Part shown: positions 34,831-51,049 of the stretch, piece after piece | Layout of the letters: every line of letters starts with the position of its first letter | Numbering within the stretch: the first letter of the stretch is position 1 | DNA from: the human T2T-CHM13v2.0 reference genome, Homo sapiens | NCBI RefSeq assembly: GCF_009914755.1 | Contig: NC_060946.1 | Reading direction: 5' to 3' (one strand) | DNA: 64,000 nt | Program-made: the position numbers and the translations under genes | The notes under the pieces: model-generated | Seen by the model: the letters and a program-made list of their open reading frames with translations, nothing else | What the model was told of the DNA's origin: nothing | The model's database searches: none

Positions 34831-35051
<221 letters not shown>

Positions 35052-36386
35052 CTGTAAAGGTAGCAAAGACAAATGCTTAATATTTCATTTTTCCTTAAAT
35101 GATTCTTAATGACTTGCAGTTTTTAAAAACTTACCCTGAGAGTAAACCAAATTACCCACTAAATAGTGTTTTCACACAGAAGATGTGTAAGAGCATACCT
35201 GTTGTAAGGAATTATAATTTTAAAATCATTCTAAAGAAGCACCATTGTTTCTAAGGTGATTTCTACTGAACAAGCAGTTCAAACAAAGTAGACAGGGAAG
35301 AGAAATGGCTATCAGTGATGTATGGCTCAACAGGTAAAACTTCCTGCCTTCTAAAATGGCTCTACTTGGAAGATTCTGAAGATTCCATTAGAAATACTTG
35401 TATTTAAAGGGTAATAATGTGGGAAAATGAATATGTTGATTTGCTTGATTATAAGAACCACTTCACTAGAAATAATTATATCAAAACATCATGTTGTACT
35501 CCTTAATGTAGGTTAAGAAAACTAAAATGAAAGAAAAAAAATCTAGGAACACTTGTGTTTAGTAAACCAGTTTTAGATTTCACTCTTGTACATTTCACCC
35601 ATTATCTAGGACCAATTAAACATTTGGCACTGAGGAATAATTCAGAGCAACAACTCCTAGGGGAGAACTAGATTGTCTGGTTGGTGATCAAAAAGAACTA
35701 AAGCATCTCTGAAGGCAATTAGTCCCCAACACTGTGACCAAGGCCCTGGAGGTGGGGCATGTTCTTTCTGCCTTCCACACACCGCTTCAGGCTGAACAAG
35801 GTGTTATTTTTTAACCGCTTTGTGAATTACACTTCTTTAAATTCCTGTGATAATTATTCCCTATTTCACAAGGGTGCCTTTCTGTAACATCTTGAATATG
35901 TTACACAAATAGTCTTTCTTGAGGCACCCTCTGGTGATAATACTAAAGATCACAATCAAAAACAATTGTGCCCAGAGTAGCAGTACCACTTTGCATTTAG
36001 GTTGTGATCCACTGAAAAGTAAATTAAACACATTAATATTTCTATTTAGGGAAATTCTGACAAGTAATTTTATAACAAGATCACTTCATTAATTATAAAG
36101 CTTCAAAAATACTTAGTGAAAAAAACTAACAGATCAGGTTAATTACATGAGACTTTTCAGGAAAAAAAGCCATACAAAAGCAAAAAAAAAATGAGAGGAG
36201 AGACAAAAACTATCTTTGACTAACATTTTAAAGGTAAAATTATTTACTCACGTTATTTTTCAAAATTACATTGTCAAATTAGCATTCACTTCCTTCTAAT
36301 CTCCTGAAGCCATCTCACTAAAAATTATGCTTTTGAAACAAATTAATGAGCTTAATTCATTTTCTATGAGTGTATGTTTTGACTTA

Positions 36387-36601
<215 letters not shown>

Positions 36602-37065
36602 CTAAAACAGAGGAAAAGAATACACTTTTAAAACAATTATAACCTAATTATTATGTTTGTTGCCTTTCATTTTGAGTCAGCGATTCAAAGAGTATTTTTG
36701 AATATGTTAAAAAAGAGGATGAAGTTTAAAATATTTCAGCAATATCAAAACTAATAACTGAATTCAGAATTAAGTCTGATTTGTAAAAATTTGAAATCAT
36801 AATTATGCTAGTATTAATGTAATCTGGTCATATAAAAAGTAATAGAATCCATTCATAGTTTTAAAAAGTGATCAATGAACACTGTAGCTTAAGACCAATT
36901 CATAATTATCACATAATTTCTAAAACACAATTTTTTCCTATGCCAACTGGTCTTAATCATCAAATGACTCCATAATGAGAATCATTACTCTGAAAGATTG
37001 ATTTTGTTATAATAATAATGGAAATTTAAATATTTAAAAGAAAAAACAGATACCATTTTTTTCTA

Positions 37066-37578
<513 letters not shown>

Positions 37579-37928
37579 TTATCTGTAATGCAGCAGATTC
37601 TTCAAATGTGAACCCTTAAATTACTCAGAATTTTAAGAACAAAGTTAAAGCTACCATGAGTCATAAAAATATATTCTTTACTATCATCATCTTTGCCACA
37701 GAATTTTTGTACTTCATTTTACTTTTATTTTTCTGATAATTCATTTTTGTTCCTCCTTAAATGGCACAAAGTTATCTCCTAGTAAAAAGTGTCTAACCCC
37801 CTTCCTTCATTATCATTCCCCACAGTATGTCAAAAAAAGTTTCAGAGATATCATATTGAGTTATTTAGGCCAAAGTCAATAAATGGGTCTAGGAATAAGA
37901 CTTTGAAAGTGATATTACACTCTATATT

Positions 37929-38215
37929 AGGCATGGTGGCTCATGCCTGTAATCCTAGCACTTTAAAAAGCTGTGGCAGAAAGATCACTTGAGGCCAGGA
38001 ATTTAAGATCAGCCAGAGCAACATAGTGAGACCCCCATCTCTACAAAAAAAAATTTTTTTTAATTACCCGGGCATGGTGGCTCATGCCTGTAGACCCAGC
38101 TAGTTGGGATACTGAGGCAAAAGGATGGCTTGTACCCAGAGTTCAGGGCTGCAGTGAATTATTATCACTGCACTTCTGCCTGGATAACAGACAAAGACCC
38201 TATATCAAAAAACAA
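37929..38215 (+). mobile_element. Old Alu (AluJ-like)
   Basis: GGCATGGTGGCTCATGCCTGTAATCCTAGCAC...CTTGAGGCCAGGA...; diverged dimer. Confidence 0.88.
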
Positions 38216-38319
38216 CACAAAATAATGAAATCTATGATTAAGGATTCTGATGCTATAAGCCTTTCCTTAAACTGCAAATGTTTCATGCTAATTTGAATTG
38301 CATTTTAAGAAGTAATGAT

Positions 38320-40065
38320 TCTTGGGGTAAAGACCATAGAATACGGCACCCAGAAATAGATTCACATATTTCCAGCCAACTGATTTTGGACGAACATTCC
38401 AAGAACATACGCTGGGGAAAGGACAGCCTCTTCAAATGAATGACACTGGGAAAACTAAATATCCATATGGAGAAGAATGATATTAGCTTCCTATGTAACA
38501 CCATATAACAACATAAACTCAGAATCGATTGAAGACTGAAATGTAAGGCCCAAAATTATCAAACTACTCTAAGTAAATATAAGGAAAATGCTTGAGGACA
38601 TTAGTCTGCACAAAGATTTTTATGGGTAAGACATCAGAAGCATAGGCAAACAACAAATCATAGACAAAAGACACTACATTAAGCTAAAGAGCTTCTGTCC
38701 AGCAAACAACTGAGTGAAGAGAAAACCTGTAGAATAGGAGAAAATATTGTCAAGCTATTCACCTAATGAGGGACTAATATACAAAATATACAAAAAAACT
38801 CAAACAACTTCACAGTAAAAAAAATCTGAGTTTAAAATTGGGCAAAATATCTAACTATACTTTTTTTTAGAAAAAGAAATACAAATAGCCAATAAATAAA
38901 TTTTAAAATGCTCAGTATCACTAATCCTCAGGGAAATACAAATCAAATCTACAATGTGATATAATCTTGCTTCAATTTGAATAAATTGCTGTCATTGAAA
39001 AGACAAAAAAAATAGCAAATGCTGGTGAGGCTCCAGAGAACAGTAAACTCTTACATGCTGTTGGTGGGAAGGTAAATTAGTGCAGCCACTATAGAGAACA
39101 ACAGGAGGTTTTCTCAAAAAAACTAATAATGGGACTGCCGAGGGATCCAGCAACCCCACTACCGGGTATTCAGGCAATAGAAAAGAAAACAATAGATCAA
39201 AAGGATATCTGTCCTCATATGTTTACTGTAGCACTATCCACAACAGCTTGTGTATGGAATCAACCTACATGTCCATCACCAAATGAATGGGCGAAAAACT
39301 GTGGCACACAAACACAGTGGAATACTATTCACCATATAAAGGAATTAAATCCTGTTATTCGTGGCCACGTGGATCAGTCTGACGGATGTTATGTTAAGTG
39401 CAGACACAGAAAGATAAATACTGCACATTCTTACTCATGTGTGGGAGCTAAAGGAAAATTGAAGGCTGGGCAATATGGCTGATGCCTGTAACTTCCTCGC
39501 TCTTTGTAAGACCAAAGCAAGAGAATCATTTGAGGCCAAAAGTTCCAGAGCTCCCTGGGCAACATAGGGAGATATCTCTACAAAGTCAAAAATCAGACAT
39601 GTGCAATGGTGTATGCCCATAATGCCAGCTGCTCAGGAGGCTGAGGTGTGAGGATCAGATGGGCCCAAGAGTTTGAAGCTGCAGTGAACTATGATCAAAC
39701 CACTGTCTCCAGTCTGGGTGACTACAGTTGCCCAGAGCCCAGACTACACTAGCAAGACCCTGTCTCTTAACAAAAAAAAGCTCACAGAAGTAGGGGAGAG
39801 GAGGCTGGTTAATGGATACAGAATTACAGTTAGATAAGAGGAGTGAGTTCTGGTGTTCTGTGGCATTGTAGGGTGAATATGGTTAACTATGACTTATTGT
39901 ATATTTTTAAAAAGCCAGAAAATTTTGAATGTTCACAATTCAAAGAAATGAAAAATGGTTGAAGTAGTAAATGTGCTAGTTAGCTTGATCATTACACACT
40001 ATATACGTGTATAAAAATATCACTCTATAGCCCATAATTATGTATATATGTGTCAATTAAAACAA
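38320..40065 (+). mobile_element. L1M (L1MA-like) 3' fragment interrupted by an Alu
   Basis: GGAAAGGACAGCCTCTTCAA, peptide LPRDPATPLPGI...MFTVALST...WNQPTCPSPNEW and the 3' UTR motif TTAGATAAGAGGAGTGAGTTCTGG. Confidence 0.85.
39465..39779 (+). mobile_element. Old Alu (AluJ-like) nested in L1
   Basis: GGCTGGGCAATATGGCTGATGCCTGTAA...GAGGCTGAGGTG...GCTGCAGTGAACTATGATC...A-tail. Confidence 0.85.
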
Positions 40066-40099
40066 AAGAGAAGCTACATTCATCCCATTTAAAAAACAG

Positions 40100-40500
40100 A
40101 ATATGGGCCAGCCTTACTGACTTCCTTCTAATGAGTAGAATGTAGTGAAAGGGATACCATGTGGCTTCCCTATCTCAGACTGTTTTCCCTTGGAACCCAG
40201 CCCCAATTGTGAGAGCCATCAGGCCACAAACAGAGCCTGAAAGTGCCTGTGTCAGTGTTCATGCTGCCTGTCCCAACCAAGTTTACAGCCGATGGCCAGC
40301 ATCAACCATCAAACAAGTGGGTGACCAAAGCTTCAGAGGATTCCATTTCCCCAACTGATCAGCTGTTCCTAGGGAAGCTGAAGGGAGCAGAGCAAGCTGT
40401 CCTGGCCAAGTTTTTCCCAAACCACAGGTTCATGAACAAAATAAATGTTTTTCTTTCAAGCCACAAGACTCTGGGTAATTGTTAGGAAAATAAGTTTTAA
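40100..40500 (+). mobile_element. MLT1-type MaLR LTR fragment
   Basis: CCAGCATCAACC...GAGCAGAGCAAGCTGTCC...ATGAACAAAATAAATG...TTCAAGCCAC is a typical MLT1 3' end. Confidence 0.7.
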
Positions 40501-41759
40501 AAAGAGACAACAGGAAACATAACTTATGCAGCAGAAAAGAGTCTCCTTTAAAGCAGGATCTAATAAAGGTTGATATTTATTTATTGATGTCAAACATTAT
40601 TGAGAAGCAGTAGATAACCAGGAGAGAGACATAAGCTGCTGAGGAGGAATTTTCCTAAAACAACTTCAATTATGAACTCTGATAACAAGGCAAGGGTGTC
40701 TTCTTACAATTTCCCCTCAAGTTAGGAAGTAAGACTGGGAAGCAAGAAGATGTATGATTTGAAAAACAACTAGAAATACTGGGTGACATAGGCAAAATCA
40801 GACATTTACCTGATTTCAATTAACTAAAATTCTAAAAGAAGAAGTTTTGAGTATTTATTAATCAACCTAGTATTCAATTTTCATTTTCTTTTCTAAATGA
40901 GGAAATAAGGAGAATATTATGGAATGATTTTTATTCTTCACAGAAGTAAAATAAGCATAGTGTGTTTTGAGTGTTAAGACACAAATGCAACTTCTCCTTT
41001 ACCTTACTCCAAGCTTGTTTGTATGGAGAAGTTAAGACCATCCCATTTCTATGTTATGCCACAATGCTTCTCTATAGCACACAACTTGGCTCTGAAATTT
41101 TGAAAGTCAAAATACTAATCTACATGTGTCTCTGATAAATTGCCTGAACGTTACCTGATTTTGAAGTGCTGCACTCCTAAGACTTTTTCTTGGAATGAGT
41201 TAAACGTTTTATTCCAAGAATCCTCTACTGAGCTAGAAAGCAGAGCTGTGCATCTCTGTTTCAGTAAAAGGAGGTCAATATAGGGAACTGTGGTTTCTGA
41301 GAATGCAAGATCTGCACTAATAAAAGGATTAGCCACAGTGCTACCCAAGAGAACCAGCTACCAGGAGGAAAGAGGGTCTGTAAACTGCAAGATGATGACT
41401 TCACTTGATTTCCACTGAGGAAAGCTGGTGGCTCAGACTTAAACTTCTCCTTCCTAGATGGTAAACATCTATGGAAGGTTCTATGAATTATAATGAGTTA
41501 GTAAAACATAATGCACTGAATATTAGACTATGTCAGCAGATCCTGTAACCAAAACTTACTGAAAATATAACTATAGTGGGAGGCAATGGAAAAGAGACTA
41601 AAGGCTTGAATGGAGAAAAAAAGAAATTAAGTGTGTCTTGTAAGCCTGGCGTCTGATCATGTCTTAGAGGAAGTAAGGTATAAGCTGGCCAGAGACTCCT
41701 TTGTGACACAAAAGGTGAAGTTACAGACATTCCACTAAATTTAATTTTTATTATGACAT

Positions 41760-43600
41760 AAGACAACTGGTAATATGCAACATGATTGAAAAAAACTTCT
41801 CATTCAATTCGATTGGGCCTTGACATAAGAATAGACATAAACAAGCTAAGAATTGACAATCTAAAAATAAGCCTGCACTTTTACAGTCAATTGATTTTAT
41901 ACAAGCTTAACAAAAGAACAAAATGGGAAAAGAATAGTCTTTTCAACAAATGGTGCTGGGACAACTGGGTATCCATAAGCAAAAAATAAATAAAGTTCGA
42001 CCAAATATCATATTTAATAATTAACTCAAAATAAAACAGTTAACTGTAAAAGCTAAAACTATAAAACCCTCAGAAGAAAACACTGGCATAAATCTTTGTG
42101 ACTGCATTTGCCAGTGTTTTCTTAGCTATGACTCCAAAGGAAAAATGGATTCAATGGACTTCAAAATTGAAAACTGCTGTGCCTCAGAAGACAGCATGAA
42201 GAAGTGAAAAGGTAAGACGCCAAGTAGAAGAAAGTATTTGAAAAGCGTGTATCTGATAAGGGACTTACATATATAGGAAATATAAATAACTCTTGCAATT
42301 AATAAATAACAAGATAAGCCAATTTTAAAAAATGGGCAAGGATTTTGAATAGATATATCTGCAAAGAAGATATAAAGATGGATAAGCACATTAATAGATG
42401 CTTAATGTAATTAGTCATTAGGAAAATGTAAATCAAAACCACATGTGGTATCACTTCACACCACAGGATAAAATCTTTGTTCAAGAAAAAAGAGTGTTAG
42501 GAAAAATGTAAAGAAATTAAAACCCTTATCTAATGCTGCTGGGAATGTAAAGTGATGCAGCCACTTTGGAAAACAAACTGGTAGCTCCTTAAAGGGTTAA
42601 GCATGAAGTTACCATATGACACAGAAATTCCAGTCATAAGTATATACTCCAGAAAAATAAAAACATACGCAAGCACAAAAACTCATACATAAATGTTTAC
42701 AGCAGCATTATTAATAGTAGTCAAAAGGTGGAAAGAACCAGAACGTCTGTCACCTTTGGCTGGGAGAGAACCCAAAGGTCCATCACCTGGCGAATGGATA
42801 AATAAAATGTTTGATGTATCCATACAATGGAATATTACTCAGCAATAAGAAGAAATTAAGTACAGATACCGTATTAGGAGGAGACAGCAAAATGCCTATG
42901 CAGATACGGAAGGGTCCCCGGAGAATCTCCAACGAGCCCCACAAGTGTTTACACCAGATGTTATGTGCAGATAAGGGAACCTGGACTTGTCTTGCCTGGA
43001 CATGCCCACAGCAGACTGGAGGCCCACATGCAGTGGGGGGATGGGGTGGAGTCACCAGGAATTCACACCTTATGCAGAGGAGGAGCCTGGCCGCTTCAGC
43101 TCATGTGCTCCTGGTATTCAATTGTGAGGTGGAAACCTCTTTGCAGGACCCCTCTCTTTGCTGAGAGCTGTGCTTTCACATAATAAATTCTGCCCTCCTC
43201 AATGTGTCTGCATGCTTAATTTTTCCTGGTCACGAGAGAAGAACACAGATGTAGCTGAACTAAGGAGCAAAAACCCAGCATCAATACCTGCTACAGCACA
43301 GATGCAGCATGAAAAATTATGCTAAGTGAAATAAGCCAGTCCCAGCAGACCACTTGCTTTTTATTTCAGAGGCTTATAGGCAAATCTATACAAAGAAGGT
43401 GGGTGGTTCCCTAGGGCTGAGGGAGGAAGGGAAAACTAGTGAAGATGGCTAAATGATGTGGGGTTTGTTTTTAGGGTGATGAAAATGTTCTAAAATTAAT
43501 TGTAATGATGACGGCATAACTCTCTGAAAATACTAAAGTTAATGAATTCTATACTTTAAATGAGTGAATTGCATGGCGTGTTCATTATTTCTCAATAAAC
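41760..43600 (+). mobile_element. L1M (L1MB/MC-like) 3' fragment interrupted by a solo LTR
   Basis: YSQLILYK...KWEKNSLFNKWCWDNWVSI (ORF2p) and the 3' UTR motif TAGGGTGATGAAAATGTTCTAAAATT. Confidence 0.85.
42870..43283 (+). mobile_element. ERV1-class solo LTR (MER61/LTR27-like)
   Basis: 414 bp, (T>C)G...CA termini, AATAAA at ~43182, 4-bp TSD ATAC (42866-42869 and 43284-43287); the L1 resumes after it. Confidence 0.8.
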
Positions 43601-43988
43601 CTGTTACCCCTCACCCCAAATTAATTTGGTACTAGAGATCTGCAGATAGGTACTGCTTGGTTTCAAATCACTGGCCAGGGTTCAAGGTCTAAGAGAATCA
43701 ACAACATGTCCTTTTTATAGAAAAAGAGATTTATATTTTACAAGCTATCCTTTTCATTAGTATCAAGTCTGTAAAATTCAATGAAAAATCTTTCTTTCGC
43801 TGCTTAAAGCACTGACAGATTTATATAGAGGAATAAGACCTTGTTTTCCTTGGCCCCAATTTCTATCTAAAGGGTCTGGGAAACACACCCTTCAAACTAT
43901 CAAATCTCATCAGATGGGTTTTATTAACACTTATAATATGGCTTCCTTTCTAATCTGATTCTGGTGCAGCATCACAGAGAGAAGAAGC

Positions 43989-44190
43989 TGAAGGAAATCA
44001 AAATATTTTACCCCCAAATATATTTTTTGACGTATTTTGAAATGGCTGCTGCAGGGCCAAGAGATTGAAATGGCCCTCATTAAGGTAGCCCAATCTCCCC
44101 TTCTAGGTCTTTCCAGATCTGGGGAAGATTAACTAAGAGCCTGAGGCATTTAAAGTTTGAAAAGATATATTTACCCTCTATTTTCTCAAC
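43989..44190 (+). mobile_element. LTR fragment (MER65-like)
   Basis: TGAAGGAAATCAAAATATTTTACCCCCAAATATATTTTTTGAC.TATTTTGAAATGGCTG resembles the start of a MER4-group LTR. Confidence 0.55.
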
Positions 44191-44284
44191 ATATTTTGGC
44201 AGAATTTGGATTTTTCCATTATCAATATTTTCCAAAATGCATGATTTTTAATACCAAAACTGATTTAAAATTACCATACGTTGG

Positions 44285-44737
44285 AATATAAATTATTCTA
44301 TTATAAAGATACATGCATTTGCATGTTCACTGCAGCACTATTCACAATAGTAAAGACATGGAATCAACACAGATGGACATTATCAGTGATAATGGGATAA
44401 AGAAAATGTGGTATATATACACCATGGAATACTATGGAGCCATAAAAATGAATGAGATCATGCTCTTTGCAGGGATATGGATGAACCCAAAGCTGATATC
44501 TTCAGCAAACTAATGCAGGAAGAAAAAACCAAACACTGCATCTTCTCACTTATAAGTGGGAGCTGAACGATAAGAGCACATGGACTCGGGGAGGGGAACA
44601 ACAAACACTGGGGCCTGTTGGGGTCAGGAGGGAGAGCATCAAGATCAATAACTAATGCCCACAGGGCTTAATATCTAGGTGATGGATTGATAGGTGCAGC
44701 AAACCATCATGGAACACGTTTACCTATATAAGAAACT
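44285..44737 (+). mobile_element. L1P 3' fragment without poly(A)
   Basis: IKKMWYIYTMEYYGAIKMNEIMLFAG plus L1 3' UTR, truncated at ...TACCTATATAAGAAAC. Confidence 0.88.
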
Positions 44738-44830
44738 TGTTGGCCAGACTGGTCTTTAACTCCTGACCTCATGATCTTCCTGCCTTGGCCTCCCAAAGTG
44801 CTGGGATTACAGGTGTGGCCACCATGCCTG
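44738..44830 (-). mobile_element. Partial Alu left arm fused to the L1 fragment
   Basis: TTGGCCAGACTGGTCT...CCTCCCAAAGTGCTGGGATTACAGGTGTGGCCACCATGCCTGG. Confidence 0.85.
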
Positions 44831-45066
44831 GTGGCTATTTCTCTTTTTAAATTCTCTCAGGACTCCTAAAATCTCAAAACTTTGACCTAGATTCCCTAAT
44901 CTACATTTCCAGCTCTGACCATTTTCTTGAGGTCTCTTCCTTCTGGTACACATATTATAGAAAATATTCTCAACCACATGCTCATACATTGCTAATTGGT
45001 GCAGATTACTTTTGTAGATAGTGAATGTTGTCTATTTTACGTTGGTTCTCATTAATGTTACTTTGA

Positions 45067-45525
<459 letters not shown>

Positions 45526-45914
45526 TGAGAATCATATTATCAATTGTTTGCCTTTGTTTTCTTTTAAAGAAATTCCTTTTCCATAGAGATATGGCATGAT
45601 GAAAGTCTTGTTCTAAAGTTTCTTTTGGGGGACTCTTAACTATGTCATTGGGAAGCTTCAGTAAGTAGAGAACTCCCTTCTTCTCACTCAAGATTCTTCA
45701 TCTCAAAATGGTGTCCACCAAATGTCTTAATCCAGGTAGTCTTTTGTGTAGAAATTCATGAAATAAGAACCTTCTCGAGAAGTTGGAGGCTAGTGATTGA
45801 GATGGTTTAACGCTGCCCCTTATTATATGTTTTACTCCCAAGGTAGACATCAAAGTGGCTAATAATTCTATGACTGATGTCTAACTCACTTCTATGGGAA
45901 TCTATACAAAACGT

Positions 45915-46080
45915 TTTATTTATGAGACAGAGTCTCCCTCTGTTACCCAGCCTGGAGCGCAGCGGCTTGATCACTGTTCACTACAGCCTCAATATTCCAA
46001 GCTCAAACGACCCTCCTACCACAGCCTCCCAATGTAGCTGGGACTACAGGCGTGCACCACCATGCCTCAGATAAGTGTTT

Positions 46081-46114
<34 letters not shown>

Positions 46115-46190
46115 GACAGGGTCTCACTATATTGCTCTGGCTGGTCTCAAACTCATGGGCTCAAACGATCCTCCTGCTTCAGCCTTCCAA
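45915..46190 (-). mobile_element. Old Alu (AluJ-like), 5'-truncated, with expanded middle poly(T)
   Basis: GAGACAGAGTCT...CTCAAACGA.CCTCC in both arms; T-run at 46083-46111. Confidence 0.88.
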
Positions 46191-47284
46191 AACCAGGTGT
46201 TTAACTGGGGACTAACATGAAACACTTAGAAGACTACGTGGAACATAGTGAGCTACATAAAATATTTGCTATTAGCATAATAATTTTATTGTATATCTTA
46301 ACAAAATTGTGTATTTTAGGCAGGTGGCATGCCAATGGAAGTACTCTCCTATAGCTGCACTGAATCATTCTTACCACTGAGAGTTGCAGCAAATGGGGGA
46401 CATAATTTATAACTTACTTTTCTCTCTGTATGACTCATTAGGCAATGACTATGTATGTACTACAATGTAAACAGCACCTCCTGGATTGAATAGTACATAA
46501 CTGACATGACCAGCAGAGACAGGCTAAAGACACTGAGCTGAAAACCCTGGACTCTATTGCTAAATCAAGGCTCCTGAATCCGTTCCCTCTGAGAAACTGT
46601 TGCTGTGGTGCTGCCTTCACAAGCACTCTGCTGAGCACTCATATTGAGGGGCTGTGCTATCCGTCATCGGACAAGCTGCACCCAGAACTGTTCAGCTGAC
46701 AAACTGGTAGCAGTCCAGAAACACAGTTCTGCTGCATAGTGAAAAAAGGCCAATTTAGATTCTTTTTCATAGAGAGAAAAACATAAACATGTGATTGAAC
46801 GAGTCTCCTGTATTAGACTAATTGGGTTGGCTTTGATATTTAATTGCTAAAAACACACTTAGAATATAAACCTTACTGTGTCAAGGTCTCAAAGAAGAAA
46901 TAATTGGTATGGTATAAAGTATTGAATTGTATGCTACAAACTTCTAAGCTAAAATATTTTCAATGTATGCAAGGATAGGTGGCACACATATTATATATTA
47001 TTCCCCCATTAAGCAAATTTATAATGAGAGAAAACTATCTTCCATAAAAAAATAAAAGCCATGTAAAATTAAGAACTAAGTTTTTCTGCAAAGACTAGAC
47101 AACGATTGCTAACACATAAGGTCAATGAGAGAACACTCAGAGAAAGCTTCATGAAAACAATAAATTGTCTGCCACTTCTGAGTGAATGAGGCTAGATGAA
47201 TAGAAACTGAGAAGGCAGAAAGGATAGCATGAGCAAGACAAGTGCTGAAATCTGCCCAATTAACTCTGAGGATAAAGTCCAATG

Positions 47285-47795
47285 GCAGAGAAATAAAAAC
47301 GCGTGTCCACATAATAACCTGTAAGTGAATGTTCGCAGCAGCATTTTTCATAAGAGCTAAACAGTGGAAACTAACCTAAAGGTCCATCAACCGATGAATG
47401 AATGGAAAACCAGTATAGACATGGAATAGAATATCACTTAACTGTAAGAAGAAATAAACTACCAATGTGTGCTAAAACATTATGCTAAGTGAATTCTGAA
47501 AACATTATGCTAAGTGAAAAAGCCAGTCACAAAGGACTACGTATTGTATAACTCTATGTATATAAAATAGGCAGAACAGGCGAACATATGGAGACAAAAG
47601 CAGATAGATGGTGGTTGCCTACAACAGAGGTAGGTGGAGGGACATGGAGGAAGGCTGCAGTCATGCCTAGGAGATGTAGCGTTGCTTTTCAGGGTGATGA
47701 AAATGCTGTGAATTACTAATAGATACTGAGTTGTACATTTTAAATGGTTGAACTCTCTCAAATGTGAATGATATCTCAGTGAAACTGTTTTTAAA
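47285..47795 (+). mobile_element. L1M 3' fragment
   Basis: GTGAATGTTCGCAGCAGCATTTTTCATAA...AAACATTATGCTAAGTGAAAAAGCCAGTCACAAAGGAC...CAGGGTGATGAAAATG. Confidence 0.8.
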
Positions 47796-48397
47796 ATCCG
47801 AAGGCAGGATCAAGATAATTTTCTCAACTCTCAATTTTTGATGTACATGTTATCTCAAATTTAAATATTTCCACAGTTTTATAGTATATTTTAAATAAAA
47901 GATAAAGAAAATGCCTAACTTTTCAAATAGTTTGTAAATTAACCTAAAACATGCACTTTTAAAAGAATAGTATAATGGCCTTTCTGTACAAGTTAACCTA
48001 GAATCTGTGAAATAAATAGACACAGATTCTGTGTCCACTCACAAAAGTGAAGAAATAAGACAATTTTCTGGAACATTCCATGAAACATTCTTCTCTGATT
48101 TAATCTGGCCTGCCTCATCAGAGCAATACAAAAATTACTTAAAAATACTGTTTTAACAGGACAAAAGTCAGTTTTCTATGAGGAATGATATATAATTCTC
48201 AACTTTTCCAAGGGTACGTATTGTAAGAGAAAAGGTATGCAATGGTTTTTCAAAATGGTAGAATGAAAGTCACTATATAAAAAAATAAGTACATTATAGA
48301 GATAGTAAAGTGGAAATAATTCATTGTAATGAAAATAAAAAATCAAGCTTCTGCCATAATTAGTATCCTAAAACATGTTATGTAATTCAACTAGCTA

Positions 48398-48634
<237 letters not shown>

Positions 48635-49734
48635 TTAATAATATTTAACTCTAACATACGTACTTTGAAAATTATCACCACACATATCAATTCACCTTCT
48701 TTTAATCACATGTACACATTTTTATTTATTACTGAATTCAGTGAGGGATGCACAATATGTTCTCTTCCTGCCAAATTGGTATTCTCTTACTTACATAACA
48801 GATTCATCCCACCATTCAATCATCTTAGAAGCTCAACTCAACCTCAAAGTTCCTCACATATTCAATCACCTGTTCAAATCCTTCCAACAGATTCCTATCT
48901 CAGAATAAAAGTAAAATTCCAATGGCCTTTGAGGTCCTAGGTAAACAGGTCTCTACCTCCCTCTCTGACTTCAAAGCTCCTACAACTCCCTCCTGTAATT
49001 ACTCCATTCCCACTGTACGTGAAGCCTGCCACCCCTCTGTCTGAAAATAGGGATCTAATGCCTTACTCATAAATCACAGGCAGCTACAAGTATCTTTGTA
49101 CTGAACAAAATTATATTCCAATGATAGTCATTAAGCCTTGAAATAAAAATTAGGAGCTAATTATTAATATAAATATTCAAAGTAAACTATAAATACCAGT
49201 GGGAAGACTAAACCAAATATAGTTTTGCTAAATATTATCACATGTATCCTAAATTATGATTTTATAACAAGTAGGTGCCTTTAAAACATTACATAGTCAT
49301 AAAAATATGTAATTTGACATATTTTCAGATTTGTTAAATTAATATGATTAATAACAAAGATATACCAACTAAAATACATAAAAAGCTACTTAAAGCAAGG
49401 TATTACAAGACACAGCAATACACTTCAGTTCATCTGGGAAATCTAGAATTAAGTGTCAAAGATAATCAATTAAATTTTAATTTGAAAATACTCATTTCAG
49501 GTGTAAACATTTCCATTTATACTTACATTATGGTCTTAACATGTGGCAACATAAAGTCATTAAAATTATTATTTCAGCAGTACAGAACTATCTACCTTAA
49601 AATATGACTCTGTGCCTAATAAAATTTCATAGGTGACACAATGTCTTTTCTCAAAGTAAATCATCTCTCACCTCTACCTTTTATTTCCTAGAAATGGGGC
49701 ACGTTTCTAAGCTGGTATAGTAAACACGGTTTTC

Positions 49735-50012
49735 CTTTTTTTTTATTAAAACAGCTTTGTTGAAATAAAATTTACATACTATAGAATGTATCTGTTTTAA
49801 CTTAAAGTTAAAAGAATTTTTAGTCCATTTACTGAGTTGTGCAGCCATCTCTACAATCAAACTTTACAGCATTTCCATCACTGCAAGATCCCTGACGCCC
49901 ATTAGCAGTCACTACCAGCTTTCAGCCCCAGCCCTTTACAAACATTAGTCTACTTTTTGTCCCTATACGTTTATCTTTTCTGGATGCTTCATGTAAATGG
50001 AATTATACAGTA
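49735..50012 (-). mobile_element. L1M 3' terminal fragment
   Basis: AACAGCTTTGTTGAAATAAAATTTACATAC...GAGTTGTGCAGCCATC...AAATGGAATTATACAGTATG. Confidence 0.75.
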
Positions 50013-50133
50013 TGGTAAACACACTTTTTATCCATTGATTTTTATATTCAACTAAGTTCAACATGTATCCAGAACCAAATGTTTAAATTTTCTTTCTAAA
50101 AGTTTGAAAATATTTATCTTCCTTGATACTTAC

Positions 50134-51049
<916 letters not shown>

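Noticed and set aside
41155-41311. Possible extra minus-strand exon (CAG|gtaac donor)
   Set aside because: The translation shows no ANKRD-family similarity that I can recognise; splice motifs alone are insufficient.
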